From Candidatus Uhrbacteria bacterium RIFCSPHIGHO2_01_FULL_63_20 (lineage in GTDB: Bacteria > Patescibacteriota > Patescibacteriia > UBA9934 > GWF2-40-263), in the NCBI GenBank assembly GCA_001791045.1, contig MGDT01000004.1, positions 136,767 through 200,766 of the forward strand: DNA of 64,000 bases. Direction: 5' to 3'. Shown here piece by piece: positions 19,492 to 27,392 of the stretch. The notes under the pieces are model-generated. The model was given only the letters and a program-made list of their open reading frames with translations, was not told the origin of the DNA and did no database searches. Both the position numbers and the translations under genes were made by a program. Position 1 is the first letter of the stretch, and the number at the start of each line of letters is the position of its first letter.

Positions 19492-20328
19492 TCACGGAAG
19501 GCGCTTGATGACGTTCTCGAGCAAGAGGCGCAGCTTGTCCGCGTCTTCCTTCGCCCGCTCGACGTTCGTCTCATGCTTGTGCTCTTCCACGTCGTTGTTG
19601 GTGATGTAGGAAAGGGCGATGGCACGCACGCCCTTGTCCACATGCTGGGCGAGCACCGAGGCCTCCGGGAACGTGCTCATGCCCACGCACACGGCGTGCT
19701 GTGCCAACACGGCCTTGTCGTAGGGCCCTTCGAAATTCGGACCGCGCACCATGGCGAATCCTCCTTCAACCAACGTCAGGCCCTTCACCTCGCCGCGGCT
19801 CATGCGCACGATTCCCCGCAGATCCTCGTGGTTGACGGCCGTGTCCGCGCTGTTCCATTCCTGCGGGAACAGAGGAGGCGGGGGCGCGTACAGCCGCAGG
19901 AACCCGTTCGCCATCACGACGTCGCCGCAGCAGGCCTTGCGCGCGAGGCCGCCGGCCGCGTTCGTGAGGATGAACGTCTTCACGCCGAGCTCGACGAACA
20001 TTTCCACCTGGATGCGGACCATCTCCTCCACCCGCAAGTCATAGAGCCCTTCGTACTGGTGCACGCGCCCGCGCAGGGCGATGACCTTCTTGCCAGCGAC
20101 GTCGCCGTAGCAGACGAGCCGCTTGTGGCCGTGCAACTCGCCGAGCGATTCGAATCCCGGCAGGTCGCCCATGGGCATGGAGCGTTCTTCGTCGATCTTG
20201 AGCAGGTCGCCCCACCCTGTCCCGAGCACGATCGCGACTTTGGGCAAACGTGATTGCCCGATGCCGAACTGCTTCTCGAGCGCCTTCGTGGCCGGTTCCA
20301 GATACGCCTTCGGATTGAACGAACTCAT
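19492..20328 (-). CDS. purine nucleoside phosphorylase (PNP/MTAP family)
   Basis: Motifs VAIVLGTGWG, GHKRLVCYG, ALRGRVHQYEG, TNAAGG, GPNFEGP, VGMSTFPE. The ATG at 20328 follows an AGGAGG site. Confidence 0.85.
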   Translation of the reverse strand: MSSFNPKAYLEPATKALEKQFGIGQSRLPKVAIVLGTGWGDLLKIDEERSMPMGDLPGFESLGELHGHKRLVCYGDVAGKKVIALRGRVHQYEGLYDLRVEEMVRIQVEMFVELGVKTFILTNAAGGLARKACCGDVVMANGFLRLYAPPPPLFPQEWNSADTAVNHEDLRGIVRMSRGEVKGLTLVEGGFAMVRGPNFEGPYDKAVLAQHAVCVGMSTFPEASVLAQHVDKGVRAIALSYITNNDVEEHKHETNVERAKEDADKLRLLLENVIKRLP

Positions 20329-20459
20329 CGCTTCCTCCTGGGTCAAAAGGACCGACCGCATCCTACGTCTCGGAGCCCGGAAGTCAACATGCCATGACCG
20401 GATCATGGCGAATTCCCCCGCCGGACGACAAAATACCCCGACGATGTCGGGGTATTTCG

Positions 20460-20549
<90 letters not shown>

Positions 20550-20618
20550 GTGGCCGTTTTGCGCGCGAAACGTATCACGGTGGAACCTCATCGTCAATCC
20601 GTTTATACTCCCTCCGTT

Positions 20619-21515
20619 ATGTCCCCTCGCGACTGGTGGAACTTGATCCGCGGCGTGCCCAGCGAGGCCGGGCGGCCGCTCCCCAACGGACGCCTCCCCC
20701 CGCAGATGGATGCCGAGTACGCGATGGGAGGGTTCTCGCCCTCTCACAAGGCGCAGCCGCTCCTCGAGAACGGCCTGGTCGGCGCGCGCTGGGACCTCGC
20801 GCCGTTTAGCGTGGAGACCTACGTGGGGGATGGCGAGCCGCGCATCGAGCCGTATCATCGCCGCCGCTTCATCACCTGGCAGCCCGTCTGCCGCACCGAC
20901 GTCCCGCGCGGATGGTGGCGGTTCCCCCTTCCGCTCAACGCCCGCCAGCATGGCGTCACCATCCTCCCCTCAAGTTCTTCAAGCTCCCCAAGCTCTTCCG
21001 AGTACTGGAAGCGATGGTCGAGCCACGCCCAGCGGCACCGAAGGAGGTTCCTGAAGAACGAGACGCTCGAGATCGTCGAACCGACCATGGAGGAATACGC
21101 CGCCGCCTATCACGCGACCGGCAAGCTTCCGTTCATGCGCAACGACTTCGTGCGCATCCTCAAGCGACGGCGCGCGAACCACGGGGAACGCCTGCGACTC
21201 ATCGGCGCGCGGGAAAAGGCGACCGGACGGCTGCTCGCCGGACTCGCGGTCCTCGACCTGCCAAACAGCAAGCAATCCGTGCACGTGGCCGCGTTCTTCC
21301 ATCGCGACGCCTCGCGCACGGGAGCGAGTTACGGGCTCATCGACGAATGGTTCCGACGCAGCATCGCTCAAAACCTCCACGCGCTCCACTTCGGGCTCGT
21401 GTGGTACCCAGGCGACCCGGGATCCTGGAAGGGCTATTCCGCGTTCAAACGCCAGTTCGATCTCACTTGCGTCGTGTACCCGAACGCGTTGGTAAAAATA
21501 GTGCGCAGGGGGTAG
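20619..21515 (+). CDS. FemAB/GNAT-like acyltransferase (weak call)
   Basis: The C-terminal half (RLIGAREKATGRLLAGLAVLD...VHVAAFFHRDASRTGASYGLIDEWFRRS...GYSAFKRQF) resembles FemAB-like GNAT folds. The N-terminal half was not recognised. Confidence 0.45.
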   Translation: MSPRDWWNLIRGVPSEAGRPLPNGRLPPQMDAEYAMGGFSPSHKAQPLLENGLVGARWDLAPFSVETYVGDGEPRIEPYHRRRFITWQPVCRTDVPRGWWRFPLPLNARQHGVTILPSSSSSSPSSSEYWKRWSSHAQRHRRRFLKNETLEIVEPTMEEYAAAYHATGKLPFMRNDFVRILKRRRANHGERLRLIGAREKATGRLLAGLAVLDLPNSKQSVHVAAFFHRDASRTGASYGLIDEWFRRSIAQNLHALHFGLVWYPGDPGSWKGYSAFKRQFDLTCVVYPNALVKIVRRG

Positions 21516-21529
21516 GAAGTAGGGAAGAT

Positions 21530-22399
21530 ATGCCCATCCGCAAAGCCGTCATTCCCGTGGGAGGCCTCGGAACCCGCTTCCTCCCGGCCTCCAAGGCCCA
21601 GCCCAAGGAGATGCTCGCCGTCGTGGACAAGCCGGTGATCCAGTACATCGTGGAAGAGGCGGCCGCCTCGGGAATCGAGGAGATCGTGTTCGTGACCGCG
21701 ATCGGCAAACGCGCCATCGAGGACCACTTCGACCGCAGCTTCGAATTAGAGTACCGGCTAGAGCAAAAGAGCAAGACGAGGGAACTGGAGACGATCGGGG
21801 CGATCGGGAAGCTCGCCCGGTTCGCGTTCGTGCGGCAGAACAAGCCTGCGGGGGACGGCCACGCGATCCTCGCCGCGATCCCGTTCCTTGATCGCCACGA
21901 ACCGTTTGCCGTCTTGTTCGGCGACGACATCATCGACGGGCCCGAGCCGGCGCTACGCCAACTGTTCGACGTGTACGAAACGTACCAACAGCCGGTGGTG
22001 GCCCTGCAGCAGGTCCCGAAGAACGAGGTGTCGAGCTATGGCGTGATCGCCGGGACCGACGTGGGCGGCGGGACCTGGGAGGTTTCGCGGTTCGTGGAGA
22101 AGCCGAAGGCGGAGGATGCGCCGTCGGATCTGATCGCGATCGGCCGCTACGTGCTCACGCCCGGACTGGTCGCCGTGCTCGCCACCCAAACGGCCGGGAA
22201 AGACGGCGAGATGCGGCTCGCCGACGCGTTCGCGGGCTACCTCGCGCAGGGGGGTCGCCTGTACGGCCATCAGTTCGAAGGGACGCGTTACGACTGCGGC
22301 AACAAGCTTGGATTCCTGAAGGCGCAGGTGGAACTCGGGCTCAAACACCCGGAAGTCGGCGCGGGATTGGCCGACTATCTGCGCACGCGGGGCAAATGA
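21530..22399 (+). CDS. galU: UTP-glucose-1-phosphate uridylyltransferase
   Basis: KAVIPVGGLGTRFLPASKAQPKEMLAVVDKPVIQYIVEEA, plus GDGHA, VEKP and IGRYVL. 289 aa. Confidence 0.9.
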   Translation: MPIRKAVIPVGGLGTRFLPASKAQPKEMLAVVDKPVIQYIVEEAAASGIEEIVFVTAIGKRAIEDHFDRSFELEYRLEQKSKTRELETIGAIGKLARFAFVRQNKPAGDGHAILAAIPFLDRHEPFAVLFGDDIIDGPEPALRQLFDVYETYQQPVVALQQVPKNEVSSYGVIAGTDVGGGTWEVSRFVEKPKAEDAPSDLIAIGRYVLTPGLVAVLATQTAGKDGEMRLADAFAGYLAQGGRLYGHQFEGTRYDCGNKLGFLKAQVELGLKHPEVGAGLADYLRTRGK

Positions 22400-22431
22400 G
22401 GTACAATGGTGGCCATCAATCGGAGGATCCT

Positions 22432-23802
22432 ATGACCACCAAACGCCCACTCATCGCGCTGCTCCTCGCCGTACTCGTGTTCACGGGCCAAGGGTGCGGA
22501 GGCGGGAGCGCCGTCACCGAAAAACCGCTCACCCTCACTATCTGGAACGTGTTCGACCAGGACGACGCGTTCAAGGACATCATGCTCGCGTACCAGAAGG
22601 TTCACCCGAACGTGTCCTTTGACTACCGCCAGCTGCGCGTCGAGGAGTATCGCGACGAGCTGTTGCGCGCCTTCGCCGAAGGGACGGGCCCGGACATCTT
22701 CGCCGTGCACAACGACGGCGTGGGCGAGTACAAGTCCCTCATCGCGCCGCTGCCCGCGACGCTCGCGATCCCCTACACCGAGATCAAGGGGACGATCAAG
22801 AAAGAAAAGGTGACCACGGTGCGCACCGAAGCCACCATCTCGCCGGCCAACGTGCGCCGCGACTTCGTGGACGTGGTCGCGCTGGACGCCGTGCTCCCCT
22901 ACCAGGCGACCCCCAACGCGCAGACCGAGGAACGCGTGTGGGGCCTGCCCATGGCGCTCGACACCATGGTCATGTACGTGAACAAGGACCTGCTGAACGC
23001 CGCCGGCATCGCCCAGCCGCCCCAGGACTGGACGACCTTCCAGGACGCGGTCGCGAAGCTCACCCGCGTGGGGCCCGAAAACGCCGTCGTGCAGTCCGGC
23101 GCCGCGATCGGGACGAGCCGGAACGTGGAGCGGGCCTTCGACATCCTCACGCTCCTCATGATGCAAAACGGCACCCAGATGACCGATGACCGCGGGCGCC
23201 CCACCTTCGCCTCCTACGAAGCGCCGGACCGCACGAGCCCGGGCCAGGATGCGGTGCGGTTCTACACGGATTTCGCAAACCCGCTCAAGAAGGTCTACGC
23301 CTGGAACGCCGACCTGCCGCCCTCCTTCGACGCGTTCGTGACCGGTCGCACCGCCTTCTTCTTCGGCTACGCCTATCACCTGCCGCAGATCCGCGCCCGT
23401 GCGCCGCGTCTCAACTTCGCCATCGCCCCGATGCTGCAGATCCAGGGCGGACGGGTGGTAAACACAGCAAACTATTGGCTGCAGACCGTGTCGAAGTCGA
23501 GCAAGAACCAAAACTATGCCTGGGACTTCGTGCAGTTCGCCACCCGCGCGGACAATGTGACCAGCTATCTCGAATACGCCAAGAAGCCGACCGCGCGCCG
23601 CGCGCTCATCCAAAGCCAGATCGCGAACGAGGACCTCTCCGTGTTCGTTTCCCAGGTGCTCACGGCCAAGAGCTGGTACCGCGGGAGCAACGCGACCAGC
23701 GCCGAGCAGGCGTTCCTCGACCTCATCGACGACGCGCTCGCCGGGGTCGAGATCGAAGACGCCATCCGCGAGGCGCAAAACAAGGTGAGCCAATCGCTAT
23801 GA
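22432..23802 (+). CDS. ABC-transporter extracellular solute-binding lipoprotein (family 1, sugar-type), orphan
   Basis: Lipobox LVFTGQGC, then LTIWNVFDQ...AFAEGTGPDIFAVHNDGV. No permease or ATPase genes are adjacent. Its stop overlaps the next start (ATGA). Confidence 0.8.
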   Translation: MTTKRPLIALLLAVLVFTGQGCGGGSAVTEKPLTLTIWNVFDQDDAFKDIMLAYQKVHPNVSFDYRQLRVEEYRDELLRAFAEGTGPDIFAVHNDGVGEYKSLIAPLPATLAIPYTEIKGTIKKEKVTTVRTEATISPANVRRDFVDVVALDAVLPYQATPNAQTEERVWGLPMALDTMVMYVNKDLLNAAGIAQPPQDWTTFQDAVAKLTRVGPENAVVQSGAAIGTSRNVERAFDILTLLMMQNGTQMTDDRGRPTFASYEAPDRTSPGQDAVRFYTDFANPLKKVYAWNADLPPSFDAFVTGRTAFFFGYAYHLPQIRARAPRLNFAIAPMLQIQGGRVVNTANYWLQTVSKSSKNQNYAWDFVQFATRADNVTSYLEYAKKPTARRALIQSQIANEDLSVFVSQVLTAKSWYRGSNATSAEQAFLDLIDDALAGVEIEDAIREAQNKVSQSL

Positions 23803-24461
23803 AGCGGTTCCTGACCCTCATCATCGCCGGCGCGTTCCTCCTGTCCGCGTCCGCGGCCTTCGCCCAAAGCACCATCTGCAAGAGCAAGACGGGCAACACC
23901 TGCACCATCCAGGAAGTCGGTCCGTTCATGGAAGGGATTTCCAAAGCCTGCGGTAATGCCGGCGACTGCGAGCTCGATGACATCATGCAGGTGGTGGTGA
24001 ACGTGGGGAACTACGCCGTCGGCCTGGTGGGCAGCCTCGTGTTCCTCATGTGGGTCATCTCGGGCGTGCGCTACCTGGGCGCGAACTTCATGCCAGGAGG
24101 TTTCGAGGAGAACATCAAGAAGGGCAAGCAAGGGATGGTAATCTCGACCGTGGGACTGCTGATCGTGTTCGGCGCGTTCGCCGGGATCCAAACGCTCAAC
24201 GCGGTGCTGCGCGGAAGCACGGTGGGCGAAAAGCCGGGACAACCATTCGTCGATTGCACGGGCCAGGAGGACGGGGCCGTGTGCGGACTCAACATGGAGT
24301 GTTCGGGAGGGATCTGCATGACCGGCTGCGAAATCACGAGCGGGGATGAGGGATTCGCCTGCTATGACACCACCGACCCGCTCTACAAAGGCCGCTTGAG
24401 CGGATGCGCGACCGGCCTGTGCCCTGGCGGCGACAGCACGCGATGTTGTAAATTCAAGTAA
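23799..24461 (+). CDS. VirB2/TrbC-like 'T4SS pilin' family protein 1, with Cys-rich C-terminal module
   Basis: Signal peptide, then two TM helices flanking FEENIKKGKQGMVISTVGLLI. The last ~70 aa contain 10 Cys (CTGQEDGAVCGLNMECSGGICMTGCE...CATGLCPGGDSTRCC). Confidence 0.65.
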   Translation: MKRFLTLIIAGAFLLSASAAFAQSTICKSKTGNTCTIQEVGPFMEGISKACGNAGDCELDDIMQVVVNVGNYAVGLVGSLVFLMWVISGVRYLGANFMPGGFEENIKKGKQGMVISTVGLLIVFGAFAGIQTLNAVLRGSTVGEKPGQPFVDCTGQEDGAVCGLNMECSGGICMTGCEITSGDEGFACYDTTDPLYKGRLSGCATGLCPGGDSTRCCKFK

Positions 24462-24463
24462 GT

Positions 24464-24793
24464 ATGCGCCGATTCCTCCCATTCCTCGTCCTGTTCCTGA
24501 TCCCGCTCGCGGCATCCGCCCAGCGCACGCTGCAGAACCCGCTCGGCTCGGCCGACCTTCGCATCGTGATCGGCAACGTGATTCGCGTGGTCATCGGGTT
24601 TTCGGGGGTGCTCGCCCTCGCCTCGTTCATTTGGGGCGGCATCCTGTTCTTGACCGCCGCCGGCAACGAGGAGCGCGTGAAGAAAGGCAAGAACACGTTG
24701 ATTTGGGCCAGTATCGGGCTTGTGGTATTATTCACCTCGTACACGCTGGTCAACACGATCGTGTCGTCGCTGGCCACGTCGGCAAACCCATAA
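24464..24793 (+). CDS. VirB2/TrbC-like 'T4SS pilin' family protein 2
   Basis: Signal peptide MRRFLPFLVLFLIPLAASA and an NPLG motif. TM1, then WGGILFLTAAGNEERVKKGKNTLIWASIGLVV, then TM2. This is the canonical small-pilin layout seen in CPR genomes. Confidence 0.75.
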   Translation: MRRFLPFLVLFLIPLAASAQRTLQNPLGSADLRIVIGNVIRVVIGFSGVLALASFIWGGILFLTAAGNEERVKKGKNTLIWASIGLVVLFTSYTLVNTIVSSLATSANP

Positions 24794-24821
24794 TTATTCA
24801 CTCCCCCATAGGAGACCCACT

Positions 24822-25223
24822 ATGACGGACCTTAAGAAACTCGCCGGCCGCGCGGTCGGCCTGGCCGCGGCGGCCCAGACGTTCGCCTTGGCCAAGTTCG
24901 TCCACGCCCAGGCGCTCACGGGCGAGGACCTGTTCGGCGGCCAGGGCCAAGAATTCGGCTCCGCGGCCGGACTCGGCACGGGCGACCTCACCACCACGAT
25001 CGCCGCGATCATCCGCACGGCGCTCGGGTTCCTCGGCGTCATCGCCGTGGTCATCACGCTGTACGGCGGCTTCCTCTGGATGACCTCCGCGGGCAACGAC
25101 GACAAGGTGAAGCAGGCCAAGAAGATCATGATCTCGGGCGTCATCGGCTTGGTGATCATCCTCTCCGCCTTCGCCCTCGCGTCCTTCGTCATCACCCAGA
25201 TCTCGACGGCCACCGCCGGCTAG
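24822..25223 (+). CDS. VirB2/TrbC-like 'T4SS pilin' family protein 3
   Basis: YGGFLWMTSAGNDDKVKQAKKIMISGVIGLVI core between two TM helices, with an N-terminal signal-like segment. Confidence 0.7.
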   Translation: MTDLKKLAGRAVGLAAAAQTFALAKFVHAQALTGEDLFGGQGQEFGSAAGLGTGDLTTTIAAIIRTALGFLGVIAVVITLYGGFLWMTSAGNDDKVKQAKKIMISGVIGLVIILSAFALASFVITQISTATAG

Positions 25224-25288
25224 TCCTGGACCCATGCCCGTCGCCTGACGGGGCATGGCGTGAGCTCCGAACCCTCGAGGCTCACGCT

Positions 25289-25693
25289 ATGGCACTTCTC
25301 GCCCAGTCCGCTGGCGACCTCGCGACCGGCGGGCTTTCACAAACCGGCAAGGCCGCCGGGTTCGGCGCCACGGCCCTTCCCATCGCGACGCTCATCGGCA
25401 ACCTGATCAACGTGCTCCTTGGCTTCCTGGGGCTCATCCTGGTCGGCTTGCTCATCTACGCCGGCATCCTGTATCTTACGGCTGGTGGCGCCGAGGAACG
25501 GGTGAAAACGGCCAAGCGCATCATGGTGAACGCGGTCATCGGCCTCGTGATCGTGGTAAGCGCCTACGCCATCTCGGTGTTCGTCATCGATCAGCTGTCC
25601 AAGACGGTTTCCACGACCGCTCCGACGGGTACGGCCCCGCTGGATGACTGCCCGCCCGGACAGATCCCAGCCCAAGGCGGAGGGTGCTTCTAA
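25289..25693 (+). CDS. VirB2/TrbC-like 'T4SS pilin' family protein 4 (no obvious signal peptide; C-terminal Cys pair)
   Basis: YAGILYLTAGGAEERVKTAKRIMVNAVIGLVI core. The protein ends ...DDCPPGQIPAQGGGCF. Confidence 0.65.
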   Translation: MALLAQSAGDLATGGLSQTGKAAGFGATALPIATLIGNLINVLLGFLGLILVGLLIYAGILYLTAGGAEERVKTAKRIMVNAVIGLVIVVSAYAISVFVIDQLSKTVSTTAPTGTAPLDDCPPGQIPAQGGGCF

Positions 25694-25724
25694 GATCAAC
25701 GCATTGTCTAACAATTCTCAGGAT

Positions 25725-26126
25725 ATGAAAAACATCTACCACAAGATCACGGCCGGTGCCTCGGTGCTCCCGCTCCTTCTCCCCTTCGCGACCAACGCGC
25801 AGCAGCAGGGCGGCGGTCTCTCGGGCGCCCAGGGTCAGCTCACGGGCATCGGCACGGCGCTCGGCGGCATCAACACCCAGGGCGCTGGAGCGCTCCCGGC
25901 GCTCATCGGACGCCTCATCAACGCCTTCCTGGGCGTGCTGGGCATCATCCTGGTGGTGTACCTCGTGTGGGCAGGGTTCCTGTGGATGACCGCCTCGGGC
26001 GAGGAGGAAAAGGTGAAGAAGGCCAAGGCGATGATCCAGCAATCCGTGATCGGCATGGTGATCGTGATTGCCGCCTACGCCATCGCGAGCTTCGTTATCA
26101 ACGTGCTCGTCGGGGCCACGGGCTAA
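25725..26126 (+). CDS. VirB2/TrbC-like 'T4SS pilin' family protein 5
   Basis: Signal peptide MKNIYHKITAGASVLPLLLPFATNA, then a WAGFLWMTASGEEEKVKKAKAMIQQSVIGMVI core. Confidence 0.7.
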   Translation: MKNIYHKITAGASVLPLLLPFATNAQQQGGGLSGAQGQLTGIGTALGGINTQGAGALPALIGRLINAFLGVLGIILVVYLVWAGFLWMTASGEEEKVKKAKAMIQQSVIGMVIVIAAYAIASFVINVLVGATG

Positions 26127-26200
26127 CGTCCAGAAACAAAAAAACGTGCCTTCCGGTGAACCCGGTCGGCGCGTTTTTCGTTCGTAGTGTCCCCTCCCGG

Positions 26201-26698
26201 TCAGAGGAATTTGGTCTGGACCGGGTTGCCGGCGTACACCCAGTGGACGCTGCCGCCGGCGTACGTGTCGATTCGCCTCGCCGCGTAGAAGCCGTCGACC
26301 TCCGAGGCCGAGACGACCATGAGCTGCACCGTCTGTCCGCGCTTGAGGGCACGGTGGTAGGCGCTGCTCGCGGTCATAGCATCCACGCAGGGGTAGGTGC
26401 CGTCGCTCTTGCCGTCGTTGTTCACGTCCACCTCGGTCGGGATGATCCCGTACCCGGCGGTCGTGAGCGACCCCCCGCCCCGGAAGGAGCAGATACGGTC
26501 GCCCGGATCGCCGAGATCCGCGATGCCGCCGATACACAGGCCGACCTGGTTGTCGGTGCCGCATTCGGTGGTGGCGATGCGCTCGAGCTGCGGGATCCGC
26601 GGGACCGGCGCGAACGCCGGTTGCGGGCCGTAGACGCCGGGAGCAACGCACCCGACGTTCACGATGACGAGGGACAGGACGAGAATGATCTTGTTCAC
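26201..26698 (-). CDS. lipoprotein, unknown function
   Basis: Lipobox MNKIILVLSLVIVNVGC. The mature part is Cys-containing and Gly-rich. No family recognised. Confidence 0.55.
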   Translation of the reverse strand: MNKIILVLSLVIVNVGCVAPGVYGPQPAFAPVPRIPQLERIATTECGTDNQVGLCIGGIADLGDPGDRICSFRGGGSLTTAGYGIIPTEVDVNNDGKSDGTYPCVDAMTASSAYHRALKRGQTVQLMVVSASEVDGFYAARRIDTYAGGSVHWVYAGNPVQTKFL

Positions 26699-26731
26699 GG
26701 GAGATTCCTTGGTGAGGGTGGGTGGTGGTGA

Positions 26732-27181
26732 CTACTCTTCGGGCAGGACGGTTTGGACATCTTCGGCGATGACGCCGATGGCGCCGTCCTGGACCTTGTC
26801 GTTCTCTTCGATCGCGCCGATCTTCTGGTCCTGCTCCTTGTCCTTGGCCGTGGTTGCCGGGACCGTGCCGCTGGGAGCGGGAGAGACGACCTGCGGACCG
26901 ACGGTTCCGCCGAGCGCCAGGTCCACGAGCGGGTCACCGGTGGGACCATTGAGTCCGTAGCCGTAGCCCATGCCGACCGTCTCCCCGTAGGGCGACGAGG
27001 CGTACGGCGTCTTGGTCTCGATCGCCATCTCGGCGTTCTTGACCTTGCGGTACTGGAGGGCGTCGTAGCCCACCAGCGTGCCGTTGGTCTTGAACGTGCT
27101 CCCGTCCTTCTCCTTGATCGTCTCTTCGACGTACACGCACGACAGGGACAGCGCGATTGCGATCATGATGAAAGCCTTCAT
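26732..27181 (-). CDS. lipoprotein, unknown function
   Basis: MKAFIMIAIALSLSC lipobox. The ATG follows an AGGAGG site, and a consensus promoter lies at 27270-27298. Confidence 0.55.
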   Translation of the reverse strand: MKAFIMIAIALSLSCVYVEETIKEKDGSTFKTNGTLVGYDALQYRKVKNAEMAIETKTPYASSPYGETVGMGYGYGLNGPTGDPLVDLALGGTVGPQVVSPAPSGTVPATTAKDKEQDQKIGAIEENDKVQDGAIGVIAEDVQTVLPEE

Positions 27182-27269
27182 GGCTTCCTCCTGTTGGTGC
27201 CCAGTTGTGACAGGGCGGGTTTGGGGAAATGGTTTTTGGCGTTCGGAACCCCCAATTCCTGAACGTGTA

Positions 27270-27298
27270 AATATACCAGAAAAATGGCCTTTTGTCAA
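27270..27298 (-). promoter_or_regulatory. consensus promoter with conserved spacer (TTGACAAAAGGCCATTTTTCTGGTATATT)
   Basis: TTGACA (27298-27293), 17-nt spacer, TATATT (27275-27270), with a TGG extension. Confidence 0.6.
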
Positions 27299-27392
27299 GA
27301 GGGGGAAGGCGATATTTTGGCTAAGACAAAAGAAAAAAGGCCGTCGTGTCTGGGGAGTACCCAGGCGTACGGCCTTCGTTGACCTTGTTCCT

